Shown: positions 49,701 to 62,000 of the stretch, piece after piece
Numbering within the stretch: position 1 is the first letter of the stretch
Layout: each line of letters begins with the position of its first letter
From: Vicugna vicugna
Lineage: Eukaryota
DNA length: 62,000 bases
Assembly (NCBI GenBank): GCA_013265495.1
Contig: MU057651.1
Location: forward strand, 2,084,948-2,146,947
Direction of reading: 5' to 3'
Notes under the pieces: generated by a model
What the model was told of the DNA's origin: nothing
The model's database searches: none
The model's input: only the letters and a program-made list of their open reading frames with translations
Made by a program: the position numbers and the translations under genes

Positions 49701-52039
49701 TGTCAAAATCTAGCCCAGGGTATAAAACCTGTGTGAGTGATTGTAAATTGTTCCCCAAGGAAGTGGTGCGAAATGCAATCAGCGTGTTGGAGATGCTCAG
49801 AGGACCGCCTTCACGGCGACAGGGCTGTGAGCTCATTTTTCACAGCGCAGGATGCAGGCCTGATGGTCGGCGCAATTTTAATCCTCGCGGACTCAGTAAG
49901 AATCAGCAGCGACCCTTCATTCAGAAATACTGTCGTTGCGATGAGGGGCGGCCAGGGCCTTCATGGGGTGCCATGCTAATAAAGCGTGGGGGTAATATGA
50001 AGAGGGAAAAAGGCTGGAGAATCCAGGCCCCACCAGGCACGAATCTTGTCCCCATGCTGAGCCCAGAAGGACCCACGGGCTTCCTATCCTGCGAGCAGCT
50101 ACGGATCTTCAGGAGAGTTTGTGCCTCTGTCCCCGTAAACGAACGTGGATTGTTTCCCTTCCATTGGCTTTGTCGTTTATCTCATCTCCGATCTGTAAAT
50201 TTCTTTCCATGCTTCCCTAAAAGCCAAAGCCTTTAAGAGTTTGTAGTATCTTATGTCTGTATATATTTAAGTGAACTTACAATAAAACGAATGTAAGGAA
50301 ACATTTGGGGACGTGCGAGCCTGTTTCTCCTTTTACAGCGATCGATTCGTTATTCCAGGCTGGAAGATGCTGAGTATTTCTAAATGGTGCTGTGATTGGA
50401 AGGGACCCAGAAATCTTGATTGGAGGCTGGGGTTGCCAGGAAAAAAAAAAAAAACGTAGCAGGGCTACAGAGGCAGATTCGCTGGGAGTGCATGAAAGGG
50501 ATTTTTGTGTGGAGAGAGCAGTGCCTGGGTTTCTAAGTGACAGGGCACATTTGAGAAGATTGAGTAAAAGGCTCGAAGTATTCGCAGTCTAACCGTGCTG
50601 GTGGGATTTTGTGTCTGCAGATACATTTGGGGTCCCCTGTTCGAATGATGACATCGCTGAATTCCATCAATGAACCATTCCATTTGTCAGAGGTTTTGAA
50701 TTTGCCAGGGAGGGGAAACTCCAGTTCAGACAGGCTTGGGCACAAAAGATATGCCTTGGCTTTGATCCCTGGAGACACCGTGAAATAAAATAAAAAAAAA
50801 TTTATTTTACTCTCAGATGATTCAAGTGGAAGTGACAGGCTTGGCTCTCGTGGCCCTCCGGAGGACCACATGCACATCCCTGAACCGTCCACTGCGGGGA
50901 GGGACCGTGATGCTGGCCAGACCTGTGCTTTAGCCCAGCTGACAGCCCTGCCTGAGAAGCAGGTGTCTGAGAACGGAGCAGTGCTTGGTTCTCCAGAGGG
51001 AAACAGGCCAATGTTCATTATCAGAAAAAGAGAGTGGATATTGAGGGGCAATGTTTATTTATCTACAGTTATGCAAATATGTATACAGTAGCCAATAAAA
51101 TCAGTGTGAGCGTGAATAAGGAAACCTCGAATGGATGCAACAATAAAAATAATTTTGGGGGCACCGTAGGAGGTAGAATTTGGATGCAAGATGAGGAGGT
51201 GGCTTGGACTGTTCGAAAAACTTTACTCCAAGAATATGAATCCGTGAGTGAGTTGCCTTCAAGCTGGAAGAAAGCCGGCAGCGAGAAGTCCGACCCTCCT
51301 GCCCTCGTCACATCTCTGGGTGGAAGTCTGGCTGGTGAGTTAATTTACTGGGAGGCAGAATGAGGATTATGGGAATAAGGGACCAGGCTCCCTGATCGGA
51401 TGCCATGAATGAAATGAAGGCTGAAGATGACGTCCATGAGGCCAGCTCCACAATTATTGGATGCAGAATGCTTGCCCACTGTCAAACTCCAGTGGACCCC
51501 TGAGTGACCCCTTCACTGACCAGGTATGAAATCTTGCAAGCCTTAATCAAATCCTGCAAGATTTCCTTCTTGAATATTTCAAGAAATTAGAGCGCAATTG
51601 GGATGCAGAAGGCACGGACAGAGCAAGAGAACAAGACTTCTTGGCTCAAGACTGCAGAGCAATTTCAGCCTTCCTTATATCTGATGCTTAAATAAAAGTA
51701 GCTTCTCTTGACACCCAGAGATGGAACATAACGTGCACACTCTTGAGTGAGGAGGAGAAGGGTGAGAGCCTGGGACAGCCTGGCAGAGGATGGGGGAAAG
51801 TCGGGAGACTTCTGAGTGCGCCTGCAGGGCCACAATGCATGGCTAAGCCCAGTGTGGAAGTGGGGGAGTCGCAGGAGGGGCAGGCAAGAGCGAGGTCATA
51901 GAAGATCATGCTGTTTGCATTTCTTCCTTAACTCATCTGATAAACATTTGTCCTGTCCCTGCTACATACACAGGAGCGAGGCTACGAATACAGAAGGGGC
52001 TTTGGGGAAGGGAGTTGAGGCATGGAAGGTCAGAGAGAT

Positions 52040-52560
52040 AATTAAAGAAATATATATATAAATGTGTGTGTGTGTGTGCGCGCGCGCGTGTGCGCGCGCG
52101 CGGTGGAATACTACGCAGCCATAAAAAAGAATGAAATAATGCCATTTGCAGCAACATGGATGGACCTGGAGATGATCATACTAAGTGAAGTCAGCCAGAC
52201 AGAGAAAGACAAATAGCATATGATACCACCTATATGTGGAATCTAAAAAAGTGACACAAATGAACTTATTTACAAAACAGAAAGACTCACAAAGAAAACA
52301 AACTTATCGTTACTAAAGGGGAAAGGGGGGAGGAGGGATAAAGTGGGGGTTTGGGGTTAGCAGATAAATTATTATGTACAGAAGAGATAAACAGCTTTCT
52401 AGCACAGGGAACTATATTCAATAACTTGTAATAACTTACCACGGAAAAGAAAATTTATACATACATAGCATAACGGAATCACTGTGTTCTACACCAGAAA
52501 CTGACGCTACGTTGTAAACCAACGGTACCTCAATTAAAACAAACAAACAGACAAACAAAA
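52040..52560 (+). mobile_element. 5'-truncated L1 3' end
   Basis: GGAATACTACGCAGCCATAAAAAAGAATGAAATAATGCCATTTGCAGCAACATGGATGGACCTGGAG...(AAAC)n tail. Confidence 0.93.
52051..52102. repeat. (TA)n-(TG)n-(CG)n alternating purine-pyrimidine tract
   Basis: TATATATATAAATGTGTGTGTGTGTGTGCGCGCGCGCGTGTGCGCGCGCGCG. Confidence 0.95.
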
Positions 52561-55500
52561 GAAATAGATACAACACTGTCTTACAAATGCTGCAGAGTGG
52601 AGACCTGAAAAGCAAAGAAAGGCAGTTGGCTCCGCGGGCAGTTCGGTGGTGTCAGCCTCGTTTCTGGCTAGCAGGCGCGAATCACCCCGCACCCCCGGGA
52701 GGCCCGGTAGAAGACGTGGACTCCCCGGAGGGCTCCGTGAGCCGCAGGAAGACTGGACTTGTGCCGGGACTGAGCACTGTGAAGCCCAGCCCATCGCGCA
52801 CTTCCCACTCTCCCCCTCGGTCCTTGGTGCCTCCTGGGTTAAGCGCCAACCACCAACCGGTTCCTTCTGCTTTCATCTCAGATCGACGATCCAGGCACTG
52901 TCCTTGTCCCCCTCCGCCCCAGACCCCAGACGTCCGGATGCACCCACATGTGGGTTCTATCCGGAGGCAGTTTAGGGGAAGGAAGCACCGCCTATGACCG
53001 TGGGCCCATGGTCACTGCGGACCCCGCGCTCACGTCGGAAGCTCAGTGTCTGAGCCCGCGGAGCATGCCTGGCTCACCGCTTCCAGAAGGAAGCTCTTGC
53101 GGGCCCCCTTCTCGGGTTCCACCATCACTCCAGTCGCTGGGGACCCCCAGGAGAGCGTTGAGATGCCCAGAGACCTGCCAAGTCCCCTCGGCATACTTTG
53201 GAAGGTTCCAGAAGCCCAGCCGCTTGGGGCCTGGGAGACAAGTCATCACACTCTGGAAATACCCTCCTTGCGCTGCTCTGTGCTCTGCCCGCATCCTGCC
53301 TTGGGTGGGGGGCCTGGGAGCAGAGCTGGTCCCAGTTTGTGCCTGGCTTCTAGGACGACCAGAGGCCGTGAGAAAACCCACCCTGCCTTGGAGGTGCTCC
53401 AGGGCGGGCCCCGGGCTCCTTTTAGAGTCAACGTGGTGCCCTGCACCTGCCACACTGCCTCGTTCGGGGCTGCCCAGAAGGAGGAGGACACCTTAAAACC
53501 AGAGCCGCCGAAGGCTTGTCAGCTCTGCCCGAGGCACCGGGGCCCCCTCTCCCGGGGCCCGCGCTGTCCCCGAGGCCCGTCCGTCCTGTGCACCCTTGCT
53601 TCCTTAGTGTTATTTGTGAAACTTTCACACCCACCTCCGTGTCTGCGGTCTGGGATGCGAATGTAGTGGGTGACTTCACAGTTCCTCAAAAATGGATCCT
53701 GGACACCTTTCAAGAAACACGCTTCTGCCCCCGGAAGATGAAGATTTTACAGCTTTGCCCCCGCCCCCCCCCCCCAGGCCAAGTCCAGAATTCACGTTGA
53801 ATGCAGCGTCGCCAAAGGTGCGAACTAAAAATAAAAGCAACCCTTATGTTTTGGGCCCCCGGCGATCAGCGACGAGCAGGACCAAGCAGGCGGGTCCATG
53901 CTTTCTGCAAAGGCTGGGGTAGGTGCCCCACCCCACCTCGTGCCTGGAACTGGGGTTCCCAGGGGGTCACCTTCCTGCAGGATCCCCTCCGCGTCTCCCC
54001 TTCTCCACGGCCACCCTAGAGACGCTCCCCTCTGCGCCCCCAAGAGCTCTTTGCTGGTGGAGAAGACGCACAGGGTGTCAGGCCACAAAGACCTCCTCTG
54101 CCACCCCAAGTCCCCGCAGGTGACCGTGTCTCTGCCCCTCGGAGCAGGTGGCCAACTCCTGGCACCTCTTCTCCTGTACTTCCCAGTTTAGCCTCCGCCG
54201 CACCTCCCATCCTGACGCACTTCGGCCTTTCCCTCCCGGCGAGCCTGCTTATTTCTCCTCTTCTGGGCCTGACACATTTTCCATCGAGCGGCCCCCCCTT
54301 CGTCATGCATGGATCAGTTTGCTCCCCCATCCCTCGGCAGACATAAACTGAGCCCCCACTGGGGGTGTGTTTGGTCCAAACAGGTGACCACGAGTATGTC
54401 CCCGGAAGGGACATGAGGACACACAGCCCGCTCTGGCCCCTTTCATGGTTGCCACTTCTCAGTGCTCTCAGAAGGGCAAAGCCCACGACGTGGTCAGGTG
54501 GGATCGGCTGAACTGGGGGGCGGGGGAGACCCACGTGGCCTGGGTCAGGGACACGAGGGAACTGACAGGGCAGCACTGGAGACGTGCAGCAGTGACGCCC
54601 GGGGACCAGAGCGCTGGAATTAGCTTGAGGTTTCAGTGTGCACCTGGCTCTTGTCCTGGGAACAGTGACCTTGGCCAAGTCTCAACCTGCCCACCGGCAA
54701 AACGGAAATGAAGAATGGGGTCCCCAAGATGCAGAAATGACGGCGATGGCTCTGAAGGTGGCCAGCGTGTGTGAGTGACAAGCTCGTTTCTTCAGCCTTT
54801 CTCCCTCCCTCGGTCCTTTCTCTTCTCCCTTCCTCCCTTCCTCCCTCCTCCTTTTCTGCTTCCCCCCTCCTTTGGCTCACGGGGGTCCTGGCCTGTAAGC
54901 ACAGGCAGGTGGATGAAGCCCCGCTCGGCCCTCTGTTTGCTAAGCCACCGTTTCAGGGGTGGGTGCAGACACACTGGCGCCCAGAGAAAGGCAGCCGCTG
55001 CCAGGCTGGTCCCAGAGACAGAAACCATGCCCGGGTGACGGAGGGAAAGGTGAGACTGGCCACGCCCAAGGGGACAGAAGAGGCCACCTGGGAGGCATCT
55101 TTGACCCTGACCTGGGACCAGCCTGCTCTGCCCGCTGCTCCGGGTGGGCCTGGGTGAGCACGCACGCCCGGACTCGCCGCTGGAGGAGACCGAGCCTGTG
55201 CCGATGGGTGGCGCTCAGGCTCCCGGACAGAAAAACGGACGTAATAGACCAGGGGGAAAGCGGGCAAGGGTCTCAGCGCACTTTGGGATTCCTACCCATT
55301 TGGAGACCTTCTTCCTTCTAAAGAGGAGCCAGTGAAGATGCTCAGATGCCAGGTGATGGTCTGAGGCCACCAAACCGGCCCCTTCTGGAGCCTGATGACA
55401 CCCGTGTGACCTCACTCCCCGGCCAGGGCTCTTTCTCCCACCGCCTCTCGCTCTGCAGCCGCAGGAGAACGTAGACCAAGAAAGAGAGAAAGAAAGAAGG

Positions 55501-55877
55501 TGGCTCAGACCCCTGCGATGCCTGCGAAGTCCCTGATGTTTCCTGGCATCTCCCAGCTCATCAGAGCTGCATGGGCACCAGGCTTAACCAAGGGGGCAAA
55601 GCCTCTTGAAGTCCCCCTTCGCTCCTCTGTGCCGTCACACCGCCTCCGAGGGCAGGGGACAGAACCAGGGGACCGGACCCCGGGTGGTGAGAGTGACGCC
55701 GCACTTTGTCCCTGGGCGTCCCTGGTCTCATCACCCTGGCTCTCCACGGCACTCACACAAGCTGGCACGAAGCTTTCTGATTCAAGGGGCCTGAGACTGA
55801 GCTCGGAGCAGGAGAGACGCCATAATTCTCTCCATCAGATTGGACCCCCAGTCAAGTTTTTTAGCCATAAGTACAAT

Positions 55878-56533
55878 TGTTAGAGCAGGCAGATGGCTAG
55901 ATATGAACCGAGAAAGGGGGACGCTGGCCACATGGCAGGAACTGGGCAGAAAGGAGGGGCACGGGCTAAATGCAGGGAACCACACATCATGTGAGCACCA
56001 GGGGACCCGGGCAGAGAAAGAAAAGAAGGAACCTCTGGGCTGACAAGTGGTCACACCTTTTGGGGTGATGAGTGGCCTGGAGGCCGACAAAGAAAGGTGG
56101 GAAAAGGCAGGAGTCTCCAGTGTCCGAATGGAACCTTTTGCTCATTCTGCCCTCATTTCAGTAACATTAGCCTTGCAGGTCAGAAGTCCCCATCGTGCAC
56201 CGAGGCCATGACACGTCCGATCCAGACTAAATAAGGGCCAAAATGCCCCCTCCCCGCAGGAAGGGGGAGCTGGAGTGAGAATCAGGGAACACGACCCCAA
56301 ACCCTTCCCTCCCCAATGAATATTCCATTCATTCATGTTTACACCCTGTGCAACCAACGTGCCAAAGCAGCTCGGGACAGCTGCTCACCTGAGTCTGCCC
56401 GCTCCCCCCTTGGAAGTGTCCTATCCATCCTTTAATAAATCCCCACTTTACCGTCTTAATCTCTCCATCTTGTCTCTGAATTCTTTCTGGGACGGGACAG
56501 GAACCTGGACACCGGCTACATCCGCCGGCAACA
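55878..56533 (+). mobile_element. ERV1 solo LTR (MER50-like start)
   Basis: TGTTAGAGCAGGCAGATGGCTAGATATGA...AATAAA (56434)...TGAATTCTTTCTGGGACGGGACAGGAACC...GGCAACA; flanks CAAT/GAAT. Confidence 0.8.
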
Positions 56534-57639
56534 GAATCTTCCGTACAAACTCTTAGGGTTTAATTCCTCTTACTCCCACCTGTTTGGCAACCACAGGAGA
56601 GCACTTGTTGTCAGAACAAAACACAGACATGATGTTTATCGACTGGAGGAGACTCAGTCTGGGTGGCCGGGCTCCCCTGCCCCGCGGGCCAGTGTGACCT
56701 TTCTCCTGCCGCAAAGTGACAGGAAGAATAAAAGAGGGTGGGGACTGCACAGGCAGAAAGTCTCAAATCTTCCTGGGCACAGAAACACCCCACTCAACTT
56801 TTTTTTTTTTTAACTTGATTTTGGTGGATAAGCAGACGCGCCTTGTCGCCCAGGCCTTCGCGGCCTCCCTGTCTTTTCTCAACTTCATCTGAACCTGGTT
56901 TATCCCCTTGTAAGGTAGGGGAAAGTAGAATTTCCTCAACGCATCCACCACCGCCCAGCCCAGGGCCCGACCTTAGAGGGGAAAGTTGGTGTTTGCACGT
57001 CTGAGCATTTTCAGGGGGTCTGCGAGACAGGATTAGGAACCGTGGCCTTGGGGATGTGCATCTCCATACAAAGCCCGCTTCGGGGGTTAATCTGAACAGT
57101 TACCTTGTCTCCTTGGTCCAAACAGAGCAGCGCAGCCATTGGCCAAGATCAAACAGGAAAAGGCCTGAACCACTGGGGTCTCTGCTTAGCGGTCTAGCGT
57201 TCTAGCCAAGTTAATCCGAACCGTTTCTGTTCGAGACCGGAGGAAGTACGCTGAACGGATTTTTATGACTTTTCTCTCTTACAGGACTGTGCCTCTGGGA
57301 TTCTGAACGTGAAGAGGAGGGCGCAGGGGAGGAAAGAAAAAAAGCTAACACGGCCTTCGAATTCCAAACTGAACACACAGTCCGGTTCAGATTTTTCAAC
57401 AGTCGCAACACCAAGCGGTCCTCAGGGAGGAAAGCCGGAGGGGGCCGACTAGGGAGGAAGAAATTAAAGAATAAAGAAAAGGGAAATGGCGAGCTGAAAG
57501 GGCCAGGGGAGGATGCGGGCGGCCGCGCGGGAGGCTGACAGGTGGGTCTGGGGGCCCCGGAAGGGAGCTCGCGGGCGGGGGGCCCCGAGCCCCTGGGCCG
57601 CAGAGGAGGCGGGGAGGCCGGAGGAGGGCGCTCGGGCTC

Positions 57640-58108
57640 CCACTCCGGCCTCGGTGCCACTCGCCCGCCGCGCTCCGGGCGTCTCTTCCGCGTCCGACGC
57701 GCCGCGCCTCGCGCAGCATCCCTGCCTGGTCCGGGGAGCCCCTGGCCCCGCCGGAGGAGAGGCGCCAGGCCGAGGCGGGCTGCCCCCAGGGCGCAGTCCG
57801 TCCGTCTTGGGCACCGGCGCCGCGGGGAGCAGACCTGGCGAGGAGCGGCGGAGGGCGGCGCGGGCGCTGACGCGACCTGGAGCCACGAGCGGCGGCCGCC
57901 GGCGGCGCGACGAGCCGGCGGGCGGAGCCGCCCTAGCCGGGTGCACGCGCCGGGCGGAGCGCGCAGGTGGGGCGGCCCTCTCCGCGGTGCGCCCCGCGCG
58001 GGTCCCCTGCCGGCCGGAGGATGGGCGCCGGCCTCCCGGGGCCGCGCCCGCCGCTGCTGCTCCCGCGCCCGCCGCGAGCCCGGCGTCCGGCCGGCGCCCC
58101 GCGCTCAT
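57640..58108 (+). other. VWC2: Predicted non-coding exon 1 of VWC2 (5' end approximate)
   Basis: Lies in the CpG island core and ends at the candidate donor CAT|GTACGT (58108/58109). VWC2 is recalled to have an untranslated first exon about 1.2 kb upstream of the coding exon. Weaker alternative donors lie at 58113, 58118 and 58263. Confidence 0.55.
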
Positions 58109-59236
58109 GTACGTAGGGTGGGCGCGCGCCCCCAGGGCTGGGGTGCGTGCTGGGGGGCAGCGCCCCGGGCACCGTTCCGGCTCCCAAGGCGCGCCTCCGA
58201 ACTGCAAGTTCGTATTTCTGGGCGATTCGCCTGGGATGAGGGCCGCCAGGCCGGGGCTGGGGGTGAGCAGGGGGCTCTGCTGGGCTCCACTGGTCAAGGC
58301 CAGGGAAGGTGCGAATGGCTGATTAAGCCACCCCCTGGAGCGCGCCGCATTCGGGGCTGGGGGAGGCGGAGGGCCAGGTGGAGGAGGCTGGGTTCCCAGC
58401 ACCCTGCGGCGTCTAGGGTTCTGTCGGCCCCTTGGGGCGGCAGAAAGTTTGGGACCCAGAGAGGCTTTCGGAGACTAGGAGAGTGAGGGGTTCGCCCGCG
58501 CCCAGCGCCGTGCACCCCTGGCCCCCTCCCCCTCGACTGCGCACCTCGGTGCTGCCGGGCATCTCTGCCCCGCCGCCACGACCCCCCTCCTGGATTTAAA
58601 AAGAAAAATTGTGAGGCAGCGCTGCGACCCACGCAGGGGTCTCTTGTCAACGCCCCGAGTCGCTGAGCGACTGCCTGGGCGCCGGGATCCCCGACCTCGC
58701 GGCGGGGGAGGGGCACTGAGGCTTGGGGGGGTCGTCGGGGACTGTCTTCCTGCCTGGGGGGATCTGCTGCCCGCGCTGGCGGTTGAAAAGTTGCTGGGGA
58801 TGAATCACCGGGCCCTAGGGGCTGCCTTCACCCCCGCCCGTCCCTCCGCCCCAGACGCCCTAAGGCGAGCGAGGGAGGGGTCCCTCGTGTCCTCCACTGC
58901 GCAATTCTGCGGTGGGTAACCTTTAGGAAAGTGTGGGCAGCACCTCGGGAGGGGCACCCGGGGCTCCGGAAGATGGGGCGCCCTCCGAGCTTCGCAGGGG
59001 GCGCGGGCCCGGCTGGCCGCCTCCCCGCTCCTCACGGCCGCGGGAGCGGCACCGGCGGCCGGGCTTCCCCTGGGACTTGGCTTCCGCGGACGTCTGCGCC
59101 ACGCGGGACGCCCGAGCGCCCCGGCCGGGCCCCGGCGCCGGGCGTCCGGCGCGCGGATGTGGGCAGCCGCGGGGCCGGGCGGGGGCCGCGCGCGCGCGGG
59201 CCGCGGGGCTCAGCTTGCGCTGCTCTCTCTCCGCAG

Positions 59237-60233
<997 letters not shown>

Positions 60234-60990
60234 TGACGCCCGTGGCACGAAGGGGAAGCTGACCGAACAAAAGTCCTGGTTCTGCTTTTAACATCAGTGG
60301 ACAGCTCCTAATTGAAGAGCGTTGTGGCCGAAATGCTCACCTACTTTCAAACACAGGGTAGTTTTCCGTGCCATGTGGGGTCGATCCTTCAGCCCGTTAT
60401 AAATAAGCCACTTTCCTAGATTATACGTTGGGTGCCATGCAAATGCTCTAGAAATTGAAAGGGGGGAAAAACTCTTGCTCATCGGATGCGAAAATAGACG
60501 GCCAAAAAAAAAAAAAGAAAGAAGTACTGTTGATGGTTAAAAATTGTTTTATTTTAGACGAGTTCTGGTCATACTACTAACGGCGCGGGCTATTTACTGA
60601 ATGCCGGCTGTGTGATGTCAGTATTAACTGAGTTAAAACTCACAGCACGCTGCAAGGTAGATGACTGTCTGTTAGCTCCAGCTTATGAAGAAGAGGAAAC
60701 TGAGACACAGGATAGTTAAATAAGGTGGAAGCAACACGGCCTCTAAGAAGCAGAGTCCTGTGTCAAGCGGGCGCGCTGTTAGCCCAGCCCCACGGGGCCG
60801 CGTGCAGGTGGAGATACTTCCCAGGGCGCTTGTATTGCCCGGGGGTGAACTCCAAAAGCCCTGCTGCTTTACTAGTGAGCTTGGGAGGCAACTGCCCCGC
60901 CATCCAGCCATTCCACCCCCGCCACGGTCCGCTCACCCTCTGGCCTGGCTCGACTTGGCCCGCTGACTTGGCATGCCAGAGCTCTCCCGG

Positions 60991-61004
60991 GCAGCAGGGG
61001 GCAT
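60991..61004 (+). promoter_or_regulatory. Possible CTCF-like motif in VWC2 intron 2
   Basis: GCAGCAGGGGGCAT compared with the core CCASYAGRKGGCRS; motif match only. Confidence 0.3.
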
Positions 61005-61404
61005 CCTGGGACCCACCATCGCCAAAGCTGAGCAAGGAAGGCAGCTGGGGAGGGCGGCTGTGGGTCCCCGGAACCTGGCCATGCAACAGAAGTGAGTCAG
61101 GAGCCCTGCCCTCAGAAGGCTTCCTGGTTGCTGGGGAGCCGGGCAGGTACGTCTCCAGATGTTTTGGGTATAAATCAGAAGTGCCGAGGCACAGCTGGCC
61201 GTGGGAGCTGGGGAAGCCAGAAGGAGGGAACCTTCCAGGTCGGCCTGGGACAGGGTGGCAGCCGAACAGTACCCTCCTGCTTTAGGCGCGTACAAAAATC
61301 TCAGTGTGGTGGGGCAAAGACAGAGCAGTGAGTTTCTCGTTAATAATACTGGATTTTCACACCGCGTGCTGCTCCGTAGACACTTCTTTGGAGCGTCCCG
61401 TGGA

Positions 61405-61473
61405 GGGGAGGGTAGAGCTCAGCGGCAGAGTGCGTGCTGAGCAGGCAGGAGGTCCTGGGTTGATAAAAAAAAA
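61405..61473 (+). mobile_element. Truncated camelid tRNA-derived SINE
   Basis: GGGGAGGGTAGAGCTCAGCGGCAGAGTGCGTGCTGAGCAGGCAGGAGGTCCTGGGTT followed by an A-run. Confidence 0.8.
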
Positions 61474-62000
61474 CCCAACCACATCACAGAGCAAGACTCA
61501 CAGGTAGAAGGAAGAATTCCAGCCTCCGTCTTAGTTGCTCATTGCCAAGCGCTGGGTGCCCTGGGGGAGGGCTCCCTTATTCGGTTCCTGTTTTCAAAAA
61601 TAGGTCGATAGCTCGAATGTTTCACGGTCTGGAGTTGAGAGATGTCAGGAACAGAACGGAGACCGGGGAGCTGATCATCTCGGGGCGAATCACAGTACCC
61701 GTAAAGTGCATCTTTCACCTTCCAGCAGCCCTTCACTCAAGGAGCCTTTAACCCTGCTAAGGGGCCCATGTGCATGAATGTTGCAAAGCTGCCGCGAAAT
61801 GTTAACGCTATTCCTGCTCCTACCAGCACAGTGCAACTATGTCACAAGGCTTGTTCCTTTCTGTTAGTATCAGGAAGGTTTCCAGGCATTGCCCGAAGGT
61901 ACCCTGGCTTTGTGCAAGCTTCCTTTCCACCTGCCAAAGAGCAGGAGCGCAGAAGGGCACAGGGTCAGCAGGGAGGCCCCGGGGGTTTGTGCGCTGCAAC

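Noticed and set aside
52534..55883. Dense overlapping 60-220-aa ORFs upstream of VWC2
   Set aside because: GC-rich unique sequence with no codon bias, domain or coherent exon structure that I can identify.
57464..58486. Three 269-314-aa ORFs over the promoter
   Set aside because: CpG-island artefacts with no recognisable domain; the plus-strand starts lie upstream of the likely TSS.
60287..60308. REST/RE1-like site (GGACAGCTCC) near this neural gene
   Set aside because: Only the right half-site matches; the left half and spacing are non-canonical.

Overview
Mammalian (eutherian) genomic DNA, most likely a camelid (alpaca/camel). The evidence is seven copies of a tRNA-derived SINE beginning GGGGAGGGT(A/G)TAGCTCAG, and no ruminant, pig or primate SINEs were seen. 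The first ~57 kb is gene-free, repeat-rich intergenic sequence: L1 3' fragments, camelid SINEs, four ERV1-like solo LTRs, MaLR LTRs, Tigger1/MER5/MER58 DNA transposon relics, MIR/L2, mini- and microsatellites, and three tandem duplications. The last 5 kb holds the CpG island, the probable non-coding exon 1 and the first coding exon of VWC2 (Brorin), + strand, CDS 59340-60011; the gene continues beyond the window. No prokaryote-type system is present. The best leads are: (i) a three-uORF 5' leader of VWC2, including an ATG formed across the predicted splice junction whose in-frame stop lies 3 nt before the main ATG; (ii) a ~45-copy 25-bp minisatellite that arose inside an L1 3'UTR, where most units carry an E2-box plus a C/EBP/PAR-bZIP-like site; (iii) a 2.2-kb tandem duplication with a nearly length-neutral internal rearrangement, which may be an assembly artefact; (iv) extreme GC3 in the VWC2 exon. 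Repeat family names and boundaries come from recognising sequence by eye and are approximate.
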